Shown here: piece after piece, positions 1-11,443 of the stretch | Layout: each line of letters begins with the position of its first letter | Position numbering within the stretch: the stretch's first letter is position 1 | DNA from: Perkinsela sp. CCAP 1560/9 | Lineage: Eukaryota; Protista; Euglenozoa: Kinetoplastea | Length of the DNA stretch: 64,000 nt | Direction of reading: 5' to 3' | Assembly (NCBI GenBank): GCA_965644495.1 | Contig: CBFFSA010000011.1 | Location: 62,001 to 126,000, forward strand | Notes under the pieces: generated by a model | What the model saw: the letters and a program-made list of their open reading frames with translations, nothing else | The model's database searches: none | Told to the model about the DNA's origin: nothing | Translations under genes and position numbers: made by a program

Positions 1-2
1 GA

Positions 3-218
3 ATTTTGATCGAAGGAACGGCTCGGGATACGATACCAGAGTTGGAGGACGCGACTACCCAAATGGAGCGTCTTTTAAAAATTTTACAAGAACAGCTGGA
101 AAGAAAATCACAAGCTTTGCGAGAATATGCTGCGGAGCACAACTTAGAAGAGCGTCTGGGATCAAATAATGTGCAGAAAGATGAGACCAGTACTTCAACT
201 CCTGGAGTGCTTGCGTAG
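3..218 (+). CDS. PFDN2: Prefoldin subunit 2-like, C-terminal part (5' truncated by window)
   Basis: LIEGTARDTIPEL, then a coiled coil and terminal GVLA, match the beta-prefoldin 2 C-terminus. Confidence 0.7.
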   Translation: MLIEGTARDTIPELEDATTQMERLLKILQEQLERKSQALREYAAEHNLEERLGSNNVQKDETSTSTPGVLA

Positions 219-638
219 TGTTTTAGCGGCGTAAAGGGATGAAGGCGTGCCCATGCCCTAAGCAGACGCACTCATATTCCATGTTTTCCGTGTCATGCCT
301 TCTGCCACGTGTTTGAGTCGACTACCTTGCACCATGTATTCATTGCAGAAACCCGCACTTCGAAAGTTCTTCTATTTAGAGAAAAAATAATCTTAAGGAG
401 TATACAAGAGAACCCACGAGCATACACGATATACTGGACTAACTAAAAACTCTAAAGGACGCGACAAATACATTAAGGAGAAAAGATTACATTGGATGTA
501 GTACTAGTCCACATCCATGTATCGTCAAAGAGTGTATTTTTCTGCATCGCATTGTCACTTCTCTTTCCCTTTTAATCCCTATTCCTCAATGCTCACGCAA
601 ATCTTCGATATTAAGTGAATGGAGAGAACATCTTAACC

Positions 639-2840
639 ATGCCCACCGAATCATCTCTACCCTCCGAACCCTCGCTCTCTGACATCCTCCATCCCTACTC
701 CCACCTCGGGGACCCCACCACCTGTTACCTCTGCGAGAGAAAACTTCTACTCTCCGAAGACCCAACGAATCAAACCATTCATCCAACCCCAGCAGACGAC
801 TCGCCTCAGCAATGTAACCGCTGCGGGGGCACCGTGTGTTCCTCTCCGAGTTGTTTCCTGAATAGCGCTTCGAATTGTGCAGCCTGTGAGGGGCTGTGGC
901 GTGTGGGGTCTCAGACGGCCGTGTCACACAGCCCGACACACATGGACCCCAACCTCGGGGAGACGTTGCAAAAGATTTCGAGTACGAAAAAAAGGACGAA
1001 AGGAGGTGTAGGAAAACACCAGCCTCGAACTCAAAACGAGTTCTCTTCTCAAAAAGAAGGACAAAGAAAAAGGGCGCATGGTGTGAGTAGAGCTATGGAT
1101 CACGACTCGTTTCGCCCGTTTTATGGTATGGACGCGCTGCGAGGATCCACTCTCGACGACGAGAGCGACCAGGAAGAAGATTTTGTATTGTGCGGGAAGT
1201 CCCGGTGGAGCAGCGGTCGACGTGATAGATTTGATGAAACCAATCCGTATTTTGAAATGTTGCGAAATACTGCATATGGGGACCGTTTACCGGAGTTATG
1301 TCCTTTCGTGACTCCAGACCCGCATAGTGTTCACAGCACGTTCTGTCCCTCAAGGAGTCTTTTGCTGCGTATTGGAGCATATGCTGCTGGTCTGTCCAAC
1401 ACAAACATGATGCCTGTACCTTCGTCCGGTGAACATGAAACCTTTGAGGGTGCGAAAGCTAAAGACCCCAACAATGAAGAGGATGTTCTCACTGGATTTT
1501 GCAAAACTGTCCAAACCCAAGGTGTTGCGATGACTGAGGAGCGACCATCACCTCATCAAGATGGGAGGATTCTCTTGGCCAGTGATAGTGTAGGAGTAGG
1601 ATCCAGTGCCAAGTTATTTACACTAATTGCCCGAGAATCCGTTTCTTCCTTCATACTAGCGGCGCATCCTTCTCGAAGACATTTTTATATTTGTCCTGAT
1701 CCGTACCTTCCTTGTGATATAGCACTTGACATTGATAAGGCTGTGCACATTCCCCGCACACTTGAGAAAATAAAAAAGAACGGAGTTTTACTGCTGGATC
1801 GTATTATTAGAGCGATTGAAACACATTTGGATGAACAATGGAACGCACGGGTAAGCTCCATAGTAATTTTAACAGGTTGTCGTTCTGAAAAAATTAGTTT
1901 CCATCTTCACATTCGCTTGCAAGATCAAAAAGCGTTTCGTAATCTCGAGGCTGCGCAACACTTTATCTCTCATCTAAAGCTTCATCCGAGATCTATCGCC
2001 ACTGAAGAAGATTTGAATTGCATTGACATTTCTCTGTTTCGCAAATGGCATGCGCTTCGATTGCCCTACTGCAGTAAGAAGGAAAACAGCCCGAAGGTAT
2101 ACATGCACGGTGAGGCAAGATCCGATGCCCTTCGTTTCATGGGGACATCTGAAATCAATTTATTGCTGCAGAATGAAACGAGTCAGACACAACTTCCCTG
2201 GACCAAATTATTGGAAGGTGATTCCGAAGAGGCTTTCGAGCACACACTCATTACACGAGATCCATCGAAGGAGTATTCCTTCCTATCAAAACTTCCTGCT
2301 GAGCCCGACACCAATGAAATAGCACTCATTTCTAATCCTCCGGCCATCACCCCGGTCTACTGGGAATGGTTCGTAGATATTCCTCCCGGGTCTAGAACCT
2401 ATCGATTGCTCTTGACGCACATCAGAGGTCTGCATGAGGCAATGCAAGCGATACGGACTCCTAGTATTCGATTCAACATAGGGAATCCCTATTGCTACCG
2501 CATAAAGCAGCGAAACACGAAATATTGCCTGTACCTCAACCGTACGCACAGAACAACATACGGAGAATTTCATATTTTTTACAACGACGTCTACTTCAAG
2601 TGTTGGAGTAACGATTGTGGTGATACAGCTATGAAATCGTTCGGAGCACTTCCCGAGGAGATGCGATCCGTTGTGTTTCCAGAAGTCCCTTTGGACGACG
2701 CGAGAAGACTAGCTTGGCCAGAAGAAGCACAAGGTGAATCAATGAAGGATAGCAAAGAAAGCAGCACAACCAAACAACACGCTATTACTTCTGAGGATCA
2801 AGTCGCCGAAGAACAATCTCACCGGGTTATCTCAGAATAG
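639..2840 (+). CDS. PrimPol-like primase-polymerase (kinetoplastid PPL family)
   Basis: AEP motifs CDIALDID, KISFHLH, CID..F....LRLP..SK; C-terminal UL52-type Zn finger YC.....H...KCWSNDC; first ATG at 639 (ORF track starts at GTG 615). Confidence 0.88.
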   Translation: MPTESSLPSEPSLSDILHPYSHLGDPTTCYLCERKLLLSEDPTNQTIHPTPADDSPQQCNRCGGTVCSSPSCFLNSASNCAACEGLWRVGSQTAVSHSPTHMDPNLGETLQKISSTKKRTKGGVGKHQPRTQNEFSSQKEGQRKRAHGVSRAMDHDSFRPFYGMDALRGSTLDDESDQEEDFVLCGKSRWSSGRRDRFDETNPYFEMLRNTAYGDRLPELCPFVTPDPHSVHSTFCPSRSLLLRIGAYAAGLSNTNMMPVPSSGEHETFEGAKAKDPNNEEDVLTGFCKTVQTQGVAMTEERPSPHQDGRILLASDSVGVGSSAKLFTLIARESVSSFILAAHPSRRHFYICPDPYLPCDIALDIDKAVHIPRTLEKIKKNGVLLLDRIIRAIETHLDEQWNARVSSIVILTGCRSEKISFHLHIRLQDQKAFRNLEAAQHFISHLKLHPRSIATEEDLNCIDISLFRKWHALRLPYCSKKENSPKVYMHGEARSDALRFMGTSEINLLLQNETSQTQLPWTKLLEGDSEEAFEHTLITRDPSKEYSFLSKLPAEPDTNEIALISNPPAITPVYWEWFVDIPPGSRTYRLLLTHIRGLHEAMQAIRTPSIRFNIGNPYCYRIKQRNTKYCLYLNRTHRTTYGEFHIFYNDVYFKCWSNDCGDTAMKSFGALPEEMRSVVFPEVPLDDARRLAWPEEAQGESMKDSKESSTTKQHAITSEDQVAEEQSHRVISE

Positions 2841-3047
2841 TATGAAATGATAAGTTTTGCAACGTGTAATTTGTAGTGTTTTAAGACTTTGCACGAACAA
2901 AGAAAGTGATACTGTCCGCGCCTTCAAGCTCATATTTAGTTTGTTGACTTCAGTCACCATTCTGTTATTCTACCTGTATTGCCCTGTATAGATAAAATAA
3001 AATACTATGCCTATAAAGAGGGATATTGCTAACTTTAAGAAAAACTC

Positions 3048-3275
3048 ATGAACCCCTCACACACACCTCGCTCTTCTGCAGAAGTACTGCTGAGCTTACG
3101 AAAGATACGATCTGCTTTGCAGCAAGATTCAGATGCGGCGAATCAAGCTCAGCAGGAGTGCATTTCTCTGCGAAATGAGAACGAAGAGTTGCGTAGAAAG
3201 ATGGGCAAATTGGAATATCGAATCAAACATTTGCTACGTGAACTCGAAACGCCTTGTGCAGTTAGTCAGAGTTAA
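3048..3275 (+). CDS. Small coiled-coil/leucine-zipper protein
   Basis: 75-aa ATG ORF on the coding strand with heptads, ENEELRRKMGKLEYRIKHLLREL. Confidence 0.65.
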   Translation: MNPSHTPRSSAEVLLSLRKIRSALQQDSDAANQAQQECISLRNENEELRRKMGKLEYRIKHLLRELETPCAVSQS

Positions 3276-3435
3276 TAGTGACTTCGCGTTGCTCAGCCAT
3301 TAGCTGAGTGTAAATTCCTCGAAATTTGGCAGAAGCCAGGCAGAGTCTTGCTTCTTCCGGAGGTTTTCTTAATGTCTCTGTGGAATTGCCCACTGCATTT
3401 CCTTTTCATTTTTCGAAATATGGTTATCTGACAGA

Positions 3436-3513
3436 AAATGTTCTCCATTTGTTCCAAATATTCTCCATTTGTTCCAAATGTTCTCCATTTGTTCCAAATG
3501 TTCTCCATTTGTT
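3436..3513. repeat. 20-bp tandem repeat, about 4 copies
   Basis: AAATGTTCTCCATTTGTTCC repeated at period 20. Confidence 0.95.
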
Positions 3514-3589
3514 GGACTATGTAGTGAGTAGACGCATTGTCATAAATATTATTCTTTCAAATCATAGCGATAATTTATATACCTTACAA

Positions 3590-3605
3590 TACATTTTCTT
3601 TTAAG
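3590..3605 (+). promoter_or_regulatory. Putative trans-splice acceptor for the DBP2 gene
   Basis: Pyrimidine run TTTTCTTTT, then AG at 3604-3605, 11 nt before the ATG. Confidence 0.45.
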
Positions 3606-3616
3606 CACTCGCTTGT

Positions 3617-5410
3617 ATGTCATACGATTACCAGCCGGGGCCAGACCGAATGGCCGATTTAGGTTCCAATCTGACCGAAGTTGATTGGGACGAGGTTAAA
3701 ACCGGATATACCCTCCCTAAGGACCCACTTACTTCCGCGACGTTGGAGCGTTCCCCCGCAGAGATACGTCAATGGCGTGAAGAAAAGAACATTACTATCG
3801 TAGAAGGTGCAAAAGACTGCGCTCCCCCCATTCTGACCTACGACGAGTGCCAGAGCTATCTCCCTCCCTTCATTATGAGCAGTTTTCGGCAGCAGAATTT
3901 CCAAGCCCCCACACCTATTCAGGCACAGTCTTGGTCTGTTGCGCTACGTAATCAGGATATGGTCGGGATTGCGAAAACAGGAAGTGGGAAAACTCTCGCG
4001 TTTGTTGTCCCTGGTATATTGCATGTCATGGCACAAGCCCCAATCCAACGCTATGATGGCCCTATCATGCTTGTGCTCGCTCCTACCCGAGAACTTGCGC
4101 GTCAAATTGAAGATGAGACATTGAAAGTAATTCGCGGCTCCCAGATTCGCACCGTTTGTCTGTATGGGGGGACACCCAAGTTCCACAACCGTCAGCGTCT
4201 GATGGAAGGAGTGCACATTGCGATTGCGTGTCCCGGTCGCTTGATTGATCTTCTAGGGATGAAGGTCACAAATTTGTACCGCGTCAGTTACCTTGTAATG
4301 GATGAAGCCGATCGCATGCTTGATATGGGATTTGAACCCCAAATTCGTATGATCTGCTCGCAACTTCCGGAAAAGCGTCAGACTCTTATGTTCAGCGCAA
4401 CATGGCCTCAAGAAGTACAGGACTTGGCACATTCCTTTCAGCGCAACTACATTCGTATTCATGTCGGATCCCTTGATCTTATGGCGAACGCCGACGTCAA
4501 GCAACACATCATGGTCGTCCAGGACTACGAAAAATCACAAAAACTCGGAGAGCTGGTGCAAAAGCCTGGACTGAGTAAAATCCTCGTGTTCGTCGCCACC
4601 AAGCGGGATGTGGATGTCGTGTGTGACCAGATACGTGGTATGAACATATGGGCACTCGCCATTCACGGGGACAAGACTCAGATGCAGCGAGACAGTGCAA
4701 TCAACCAATTCCGACGTGCCCCAAAAGGTTGCCTGGTGGCGACTGATGTAGCCCAACGCGGCTTGGACATTCGCGATCTCGACGCTGTAATTAACTACGA
4801 TTTTCCTATGGGTATCGAGGACTACGTCCACCGCATTGGTCGCACCGGACGTGCTGGTGCCAAAGGACATGCCTTCTCCTTCATCAACACCGCCCACGCA
4901 AAGCTGGTCCCGGAGTTAATGAAACTGCTACGCAAAGCGAACGAGGAGATCTCCGCGGACCTCCAAGAGTTGAACCAGCACTTTGCGGAAGGGCGCTCTT
5001 TACGTAGTCGGTACGGACGTAACGCCACGACGTGGAAGCCACGCCCTCGAAACGCTCCCGCGTTTTCCATGGGATACAATGACAGTGCCTCTCGTCGTCC
5101 CCCACCCCCGAGTGGGCCCTCCGGGGGTTATGACTCCCGCAGCTACGGATCTGCACCTCCTCCGCCTTCGTCTGGTTCCTATGGCAGTTCATCCCGCAGT
5201 GCGCCGTATCCCTCATATGGGGAAGAACCCCGTAAACGAGACCGCAGCCCTCGACGAGACTATGATCGGGATTATGGACGCGATTACAACCGGGACTATA
5301 ACCGGGACTATGAGCGACGTTATGAACGAGATCCCCACGGTAACTCCTACCGTGAGGAACCCCGCTCCCGGGATTACGGAGACCGATCGCGTGAGTATTC
5401 TAGATACTAA
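3617..5410 (+). CDS. DBP2: DEAD-box RNA helicase, DBP2/DDX5-like
   Basis: PTPIQ, AKTGSGKT, PTRELA, DEADRMLDMGFEPQIR, SATWP, HRIGRTGR; RDY-repeat low-complexity tail. Confidence 0.9.
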   Translation: MSYDYQPGPDRMADLGSNLTEVDWDEVKTGYTLPKDPLTSATLERSPAEIRQWREEKNITIVEGAKDCAPPILTYDECQSYLPPFIMSSFRQQNFQAPTPIQAQSWSVALRNQDMVGIAKTGSGKTLAFVVPGILHVMAQAPIQRYDGPIMLVLAPTRELARQIEDETLKVIRGSQIRTVCLYGGTPKFHNRQRLMEGVHIAIACPGRLIDLLGMKVTNLYRVSYLVMDEADRMLDMGFEPQIRMICSQLPEKRQTLMFSATWPQEVQDLAHSFQRNYIRIHVGSLDLMANADVKQHIMVVQDYEKSQKLGELVQKPGLSKILVFVATKRDVDVVCDQIRGMNIWALAIHGDKTQMQRDSAINQFRRAPKGCLVATDVAQRGLDIRDLDAVINYDFPMGIEDYVHRIGRTGRAGAKGHAFSFINTAHAKLVPELMKLLRKANEEISADLQELNQHFAEGRSLRSRYGRNATTWKPRPRNAPAFSMGYNDSASRRPPPPSGPSGGYDSRSYGSAPPPPSSGSYGSSSRSAPYPSYGEEPRKRDRSPRRDYDRDYGRDYNRDYNRDYERRYERDPHGNSYREEPRSRDYGDRSREYSRY

Positions 5411-6189
5411 ATCGTCGGGGAGAATCACTGAAACGACCAGGAAGCAACACAAGTGCACAACGACTAATTAAGCGAAAATTCTATCCATAAAAAACTGGTC
5501 TTCAAATTTTGTCAGAATATATTCAGTCTGGGCGATCAAAAAGATCAAAAAATGCATGCATTCAGTCAAATTCACATTATGTTTTGAACATTTTATTGAA
5601 CGGATACCAAGTTTCTATTTTTTATATGATTAGCATATTATTTTTCTTAATTATTTCCATCATGCTTGATAGGAGCATGTACGGATGGCTCCAAATAGAC
5701 AATCGGGCGCATAGCTCACGGTCGTTCTCTCCACTCTGCCACCCCGCTGAGACATCGAACGTAGTCTTTCGAGAATCTACGATAATCAGCGGAATATGTG
5801 GTAGATCGAGAGACGAGTCTGTGGGCATTCCTATCATTGCGCGATTACCTGTTGTCCTATTTTATTAATACGAATCTTTACCTATGTACCTTCCGAATAT
5901 TTCTATTATTATGACCACGATAACTTTATTATTTGGACAACTTTAATACGCTGGCACTTTCTATTTTACTTACATTTTGCATTTGCTTATTGTCGCTAAA
6001 TTTAGGATAAATTCTGCTGAAAGTATAATAATTTTTGAACGTTGATTATTCGTAAGACTTTTGAGCACTTTAAAAATTGTCATGGTCCCGTATTCTGTTA
6101 CAGAGTACTACTGTTACAGAGTGATTCAAATAATTCCAGATTGATTAATTTTCCCAGTTTCTTAAGCTCTTATCAGCATATCTTTGAGA

Positions 6190-8055
6190 ATGAACCATCA
6201 GGAACGAAACGTCTCCAAACAAAGAAGAAAGTCCATTAAGGAAGACATAAAATTCGGCAGTACACAGGGATGGGGACTTCATAATCTGCACCCTGCTATA
6301 TTGCACGCACTTCAGACACAGAAGTGGTTAGAACCTACTTTGATACAGCAGGCTGCGCTACCTATTCTAATAAAAGGAGGGGATGCCATGATACACGCTC
6401 GAACAGGAAGTGGTAAGACAGCTGCGTTTATAATTCCATTGCTTCAGAGGTGTATGGCACAACGAATGAATGCTCGTTCCTTGGCCTATTCCGAGTCTGA
6501 AGCCAGCTGCGCGTTTCAGTTTGTCATTGTGGTCCCCACAACAGAACTCGTACTTCAAACAATTCGAGTACTACAAAAGCTTTGCTGTCATCTGCCTCAT
6601 TATCTGAATACCAGTCGAGACTTTGGCGCGTCATCTAATGACGTACGAACTAGTGCTCCGAATTTGACATCAGATGCGATACAAATATTAGAAATTAGTA
6701 CCACCGGGGTTGCTTCTCTTTTTTCTCCGGGGAGACAGTACGACTTTGTCGTCTCCACTCCTGCGGTGCTGCACTCTTACCTTCGAAAAGAACCATCCTG
6801 TGTAAGAGCATTCCGCAAGGCCTCTTATGTTGTTCTCGATGAAGCGGACGCCATTACGTCGCTCGGAAGCATGAAAGCGTTACGGCAATACTATCCTGTG
6901 GCGTGTCACACAGTACTTGTCTGTGCAAGCATGTCCCCTGCGACAATTCGCATAAAAAAACTTTACTTACGAAAGCCTTTCTTAGTTTCTCTGGAAGAGG
7001 AGGATCCCACCGAGACATTGAGCACGCAGCCATCAAATAAAGAGGAGTCTGCGGCGAATCTCACCAACACCGATTCAACCGTGGTCGAGCAACACGGTCA
7101 CGTGGAGGAGTACTACATACCCGCGACGACCATGGAGGACCGTCTTGTGTGGCTGTACGCCATACTACGTAACCTCGCTTCGCACCGGCAGCCTCAAAAA
7201 GTGTTGATTTTCGTCCGGACCACTGCCGTCGCCTACCGCACCAAACTCTTTCTCGAGGGGTTTCGTATCCAGTCCTTTGTGCTCCACGGTACCGTCCCCG
7301 TGGAGTGCCGGGAGCACATTCTACAAATCTTCAACCACTCCCCATCGGGCCAGCTTATTGTCGTGGACCAGGACGTCCATGAGGAGAGAATGGGTGAGAG
7401 CCTCCCCGGGTCGCCCTCTCCAAGTCTCACCCTTCACCGGGGGATTGATTTCGTGAACGTCTCGCATGTCGTGATGCTCGACACGACAATCTCAACAGAG
7501 CCTCGGGCACTGCTGGCTTACACGCACCGACTCGGGCGTACGGGTCGGGCTGGGCGTCACGGCGTCTCGTTGCTGTTTCTCGCGGAGAATGAGGTGGAAA
7601 GCTGTTTGCCGCGATACAGTGAGGAAGCCCTACGTCGTGGAACATCCCCGCTGGTCCCGTACCCCTGCGTCGGACCCGCGGATGTCACCCCACTACGTTA
7701 CCGCTGCGAGGACGTGTTGGCACGGATTACACGGAAACGAGTGCGTCAGGCACTGGTCCAGGACGTGGCTTTGGAGATCTTAAATTGCGACAAACTGCGA
7801 ACCCACCTAAGATCGAATACACAAGATGAGGAGACGCTGCGTCACATTGCGGAGCCGATTGCGGAGGTCACGAGGGGGTCGCAGTCACTGGGGTGTGTCC
7901 CCACCTACCTGAATGCACGGGGTAAGTTCTCTGAGACTATACCGGTGCTTCCGGCGGTAGGGGACGCCACGTCCACAGGTCTTAAGGCCAAACGGAAGAA
8001 GCGATCATCTGTTGGTAAGGACCCGATTGAACTGGTCCGAAGGAAGTTCAAGTGA
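6190..8055 (+). CDS. DBP9: DEAD-box RNA helicase, DBP9/DDX56-like
   Basis: PTLIQ, ARTGSGKTAAF, DEAD, HRGIDFVNV, HRLGRTGRAG, and the DBP9-type YRCEDVL...VRQA...EILNCDKLRTH segment. Confidence 0.85.
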   Translation: MNHQERNVSKQRRKSIKEDIKFGSTQGWGLHNLHPAILHALQTQKWLEPTLIQQAALPILIKGGDAMIHARTGSGKTAAFIIPLLQRCMAQRMNARSLAYSESEASCAFQFVIVVPTTELVLQTIRVLQKLCCHLPHYLNTSRDFGASSNDVRTSAPNLTSDAIQILEISTTGVASLFSPGRQYDFVVSTPAVLHSYLRKEPSCVRAFRKASYVVLDEADAITSLGSMKALRQYYPVACHTVLVCASMSPATIRIKKLYLRKPFLVSLEEEDPTETLSTQPSNKEESAANLTNTDSTVVEQHGHVEEYYIPATTMEDRLVWLYAILRNLASHRQPQKVLIFVRTTAVAYRTKLFLEGFRIQSFVLHGTVPVECREHILQIFNHSPSGQLIVVDQDVHEERMGESLPGSPSPSLTLHRGIDFVNVSHVVMLDTTISTEPRALLAYTHRLGRTGRAGRHGVSLLFLAENEVESCLPRYSEEALRRGTSPLVPYPCVGPADVTPLRYRCEDVLARITRKRVRQALVQDVALEILNCDKLRTHLRSNTQDEETLRHIAEPIAEVTRGSQSLGCVPTYLNARGKFSETIPVLPAVGDATSTGLKAKRKKRSSVGKDPIELVRRKFK

Positions 8056-8448
8056 TGATTAAAAAACAGTGCACTTTTTGTGCTAAAAGTAGTACAGCTT
8101 TTTGACAGCTATTTCTTCGTTATAACGTTACAGTAGTTATTGAATTTAGAGGATTTGTTATGCTACACCATTGAACAACTGTCCAGCATGTTTTTGTTTT
8201 TGTAGTGTAGTACGACTAATCGAACAAATTGTTCCACATTATTGAACAAAGAAGAGACTAGTTTTCTGACGTACTTGTCAATCTGTGTATGAATAAAGCG
8301 ATAGAATATGGTGCAGCATGGCACGCACTACGCTAGTAGTAGCATAGTCGACTTCTGTGGAGAGCAGATTAGATTTTCTCGAATATTCATAGAATAGCTT
8401 AATTTCCCGATCATCCATTCCGCTAGTATCGTCCAGTCCACGTAGGAA

Positions 8449-9924
8449 ATGTCGAATTGGAGATTAGCCGTTGCGGAACATATTCGGAACACGTTGATGT
8501 CTCCAGAACGGTATATCCTGCTTACTCAGAGACGTAGGCAATTTGCGAAACAGTTCCTCACGGACTGGACGCACAACAAAGTAAAGAATCCTCAATTGTA
8601 TCTGTACGGCTCGACTCTGTCCTGCACGGCCTTGAGTAACGGTGACGTGGACTACGCGATTAGTCCCTGTGATGACTTGAAGCAGATTGATCGCGCCGAG
8701 CAAGCGGATTTGCTGACAAATTTGTACCACCACTTAACGCCAAAGAGCGAAAACAGAGGGAAACTGGTTGTTGAGACACGTGTAGCGGAATCAAGCTGTC
8801 ACATGAAGGGTTCAAGCGAATCATTAGAAAGTTCACGTGTAAATAATTTGATCGAATCGGATCGAGGATGCGACACGGATACCCACCACACTCAACTACA
8901 AGATACATTGACAGGGACTGAGAATTGCCAACGAGAATACCTACCGCTTGAATGCATGCATCGGATATTTTGTGCACGTGTCCCTGTCCTGCAGTACACC
9001 CCGAATCCACTAAAAGGTTTACCAGCGGACAGCTCGGCTGTTGACAAGCAGAGTAAGCTGCTCCCCTATGATTTTGATTTAACCCTTTCACTTTATGGGG
9101 TAAAGAACTCTCTGTTGTTGCGAGAGTACGTACGACGCTTCCCTATTGTGCGCCCACTGCTTCTGCTCATTAAACTTTGGGGGCACACACAAAATATTAT
9201 TGACTCCAGAAATGGATGGTTCAGTAGTTACGCGCTCACGTTGATGATGATTGAGTTTCTGCAGCTTTCGAACCGAATTGCGGTGATCAATCCCAGGAAC
9301 GTTCGAATCGAACCCGATCCTTCAAAATACGACGACTGGATAGAATTTCAGGATAATCACGTGCCTAACGACATCCGACTCATTCTACAAGAGTTCTTCC
9401 AATATTACGCCAATCAGTTTGACTTTGATGAACACGTTGTGGATGTTAGCGGAGTGGACCTCGAGCAAAACCTTGAGGTTGGCCCCAGTGACCCTCAATG
9501 TGAAAATAGGGTCGGCAAGAAGAGCATAGAAAACAGTAGCACGGATGTTATAGCGTGGAGAGTGACCCCAGAATGGATTATACTTCACGACAGTGTCGAT
9601 GGGAACATTTATGCTCCAAAACGAAAGGAACGAAGGGCAGGAGTCTTGGAGCCGTACTTTACAGCCGAAGAAGAAAAATCCTTAACGGACGAGGAAAAAT
9701 GGCATCGAGTAGGTCACGCACGAATCCAAATTCGGGATCCTTATGAAGCCCACTCACTCGGCCGCTCCGTAGAATTTTTCAAGGCAGAGGCTTTTCGGGA
9801 ACTCTTGGAACAGAGCATTGAATTGACCAGCGAACGCAAGGAATTTACAGATTTTGTTACTTCTCGATGTTTGATTCCGAAGACACTTCTAAGGAGCAAT
9901 AGAAGGACGGGCATAATATTTTAA
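8449..9924 (+). CDS. Terminal uridylyltransferase / non-canonical poly(A) polymerase (Cid1/RET/kPAP family)
   Basis: YGS..x..DVD, ARVPVL, FDL, GVKNSLLLREY, SSYALTLM, IRDPYE..SLGRSV. Confidence 0.88.
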   Translation: MSNWRLAVAEHIRNTLMSPERYILLTQRRRQFAKQFLTDWTHNKVKNPQLYLYGSTLSCTALSNGDVDYAISPCDDLKQIDRAEQADLLTNLYHHLTPKSENRGKLVVETRVAESSCHMKGSSESLESSRVNNLIESDRGCDTDTHHTQLQDTLTGTENCQREYLPLECMHRIFCARVPVLQYTPNPLKGLPADSSAVDKQSKLLPYDFDLTLSLYGVKNSLLLREYVRRFPIVRPLLLLIKLWGHTQNIIDSRNGWFSSYALTLMMIEFLQLSNRIAVINPRNVRIEPDPSKYDDWIEFQDNHVPNDIRLILQEFFQYYANQFDFDEHVVDVSGVDLEQNLEVGPSDPQCENRVGKKSIENSSTDVIAWRVTPEWIILHDSVDGNIYAPKRKERRAGVLEPYFTAEEEKSLTDEEKWHRVGHARIQIRDPYEAHSLGRSVEFFKAEAFRELLEQSIELTSERKEFTDFVTSRCLIPKTLLRSNRRTGIIF

Positions 9925-10074
9925 CCTTTGGTTTGTTAAATACGGTTATAAAAAATGTACAGTATTAAAAAAATACGATTTTTTTAGTTTGCTCCATTAT
10001 AAAAATTTTCTCCCTCATAATTGCTTACATCGTATCTGTTTGAGAAGTTCGCCTTAGATAAGTGACTAACAGTG

Positions 10075-10971
10075 ATGAATATAACTCGTACCAACAATGC
10101 CATGTTCACGCCGCACAAGACCAATCGTATTGTATTTCCTCCGTTACTCCAAATGATGCAATTTACTTCGATGATTCGCGTGCGACATGAAAGCTGGAGT
10201 ATGAAAACAACACCCTGTTCTTGGAAAGGCGTCCTTTGTGATTCAACCGAAAAAATCGCTCACATACAGTGGCGTGACTTCCAGTTGGTTGGTAATGTTT
10301 CTTGGAGCTTCATCCCTATGCATACAGTGTCTATAATGATTATCGAAAATTCGAATTTATGCGGCTCCTTGACTACATGCGTCTTGCCACGAACATTACT
10401 CTCAATTAACCTTATTCGTAACAGTTTTTCGGGCGATATTGATTCCATAACTTATTCCCCCTCTCTCACTCTTCTAGATTTGCGTCACAACGCATTTTCA
10501 GAAAGCTGTTCATTCGAAACATTGCCACCCTCCCTGAAGAAACTTCGTGTCGACCACAATGATTTGAGTGGCGAAATTTTCCTTGAAACATTGCCTCGTG
10601 AACTCATCACATTCACCGCTTCATCCTGCGGTTTTCAGCACCTAGGACCTATGCACAGACTTCCACAACATTTGCGTACGCTCGACATTTCTTCTAATGA
10701 GCTGAATGGTGTTGTCACCCTTACCGATCTTCCTGATAGTTTACGGTCGATTCGTCTTCATTCCAATCATCTGATTATCACCCTTCACACCTATGATATG
10801 CCAAGAAGACTTCGATTTTTGACTCTCAATGATAACGCATTAGTCACCGTCAAGGGAAATTTTTCACAAATTCCTGAAAAATTGGAATGTTTCCATCTTG
10901 ATTCGAATGCAACCGATGAGAATCCGTCTTGCCGTCTCCCAGCTCTAAAACCACGTCGCCAAAGTTGCTGA
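10075..10971 (+). CDS. Leucine-rich repeat protein
   Basis: N-cap CSWKGVLC; repeated LPxxLxxLxLxxNxxSG units. Confidence 0.85.
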   Translation: MNITRTNNAMFTPHKTNRIVFPPLLQMMQFTSMIRVRHESWSMKTTPCSWKGVLCDSTEKIAHIQWRDFQLVGNVSWSFIPMHTVSIMIIENSNLCGSLTTCVLPRTLLSINLIRNSFSGDIDSITYSPSLTLLDLRHNAFSESCSFETLPPSLKKLRVDHNDLSGEIFLETLPRELITFTASSCGFQHLGPMHRLPQHLRTLDISSNELNGVVTLTDLPDSLRSIRLHSNHLIITLHTYDMPRRLRFLTLNDNALVTVKGNFSQIPEKLECFHLDSNATDENPSCRLPALKPRRQSC

Positions 10972-11443
10972 GAGGCACTCCTTCCCAATCTTGTCTGGCT
11001 CGTACATACACTATGTTTTACTCGTTTTATCGTTGCCTTCTTTTTTCCCTTCGTTTCGTAGATTAGTTTCTTTCTATCCTATTTTCTTCTTTCCTCTTCC
11101 TTTCCTCTTTCCTTTTTGTTTTATATACAGGATTTGGTCATTTAATTGTCTTCCTCGTAAATCACGTTGTTCAGTTTTAATGCTAGCCCTAGAACATCGT
11201 ATAGAAGGCCCTGTAGACTTTCATCTGTAGACTCAGAATTATACTTTATCATGTAGGGAGCCAATAGGGCATCTCTTTTTTCACATCGTTTGACTATTGC
11301 ACGTTTGGAATAAATGAAGATAAGGATTTTGAGGCGTGCTTTGTAGTGCATACATGTATTATGATTTACAGCGAATTCTTCCAAAGAGGTCCCGATCGAA
11401 ATTTTATCTACTTTTCCTTTAATCAGTTTGATTTTGTAATTCC

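Noticed and set aside
8449-9924. Specific assignment to RET1, RET2, MEAT1 or kPAP
   Set aside because: Family is clear but orthology cannot be fixed without a phylogeny
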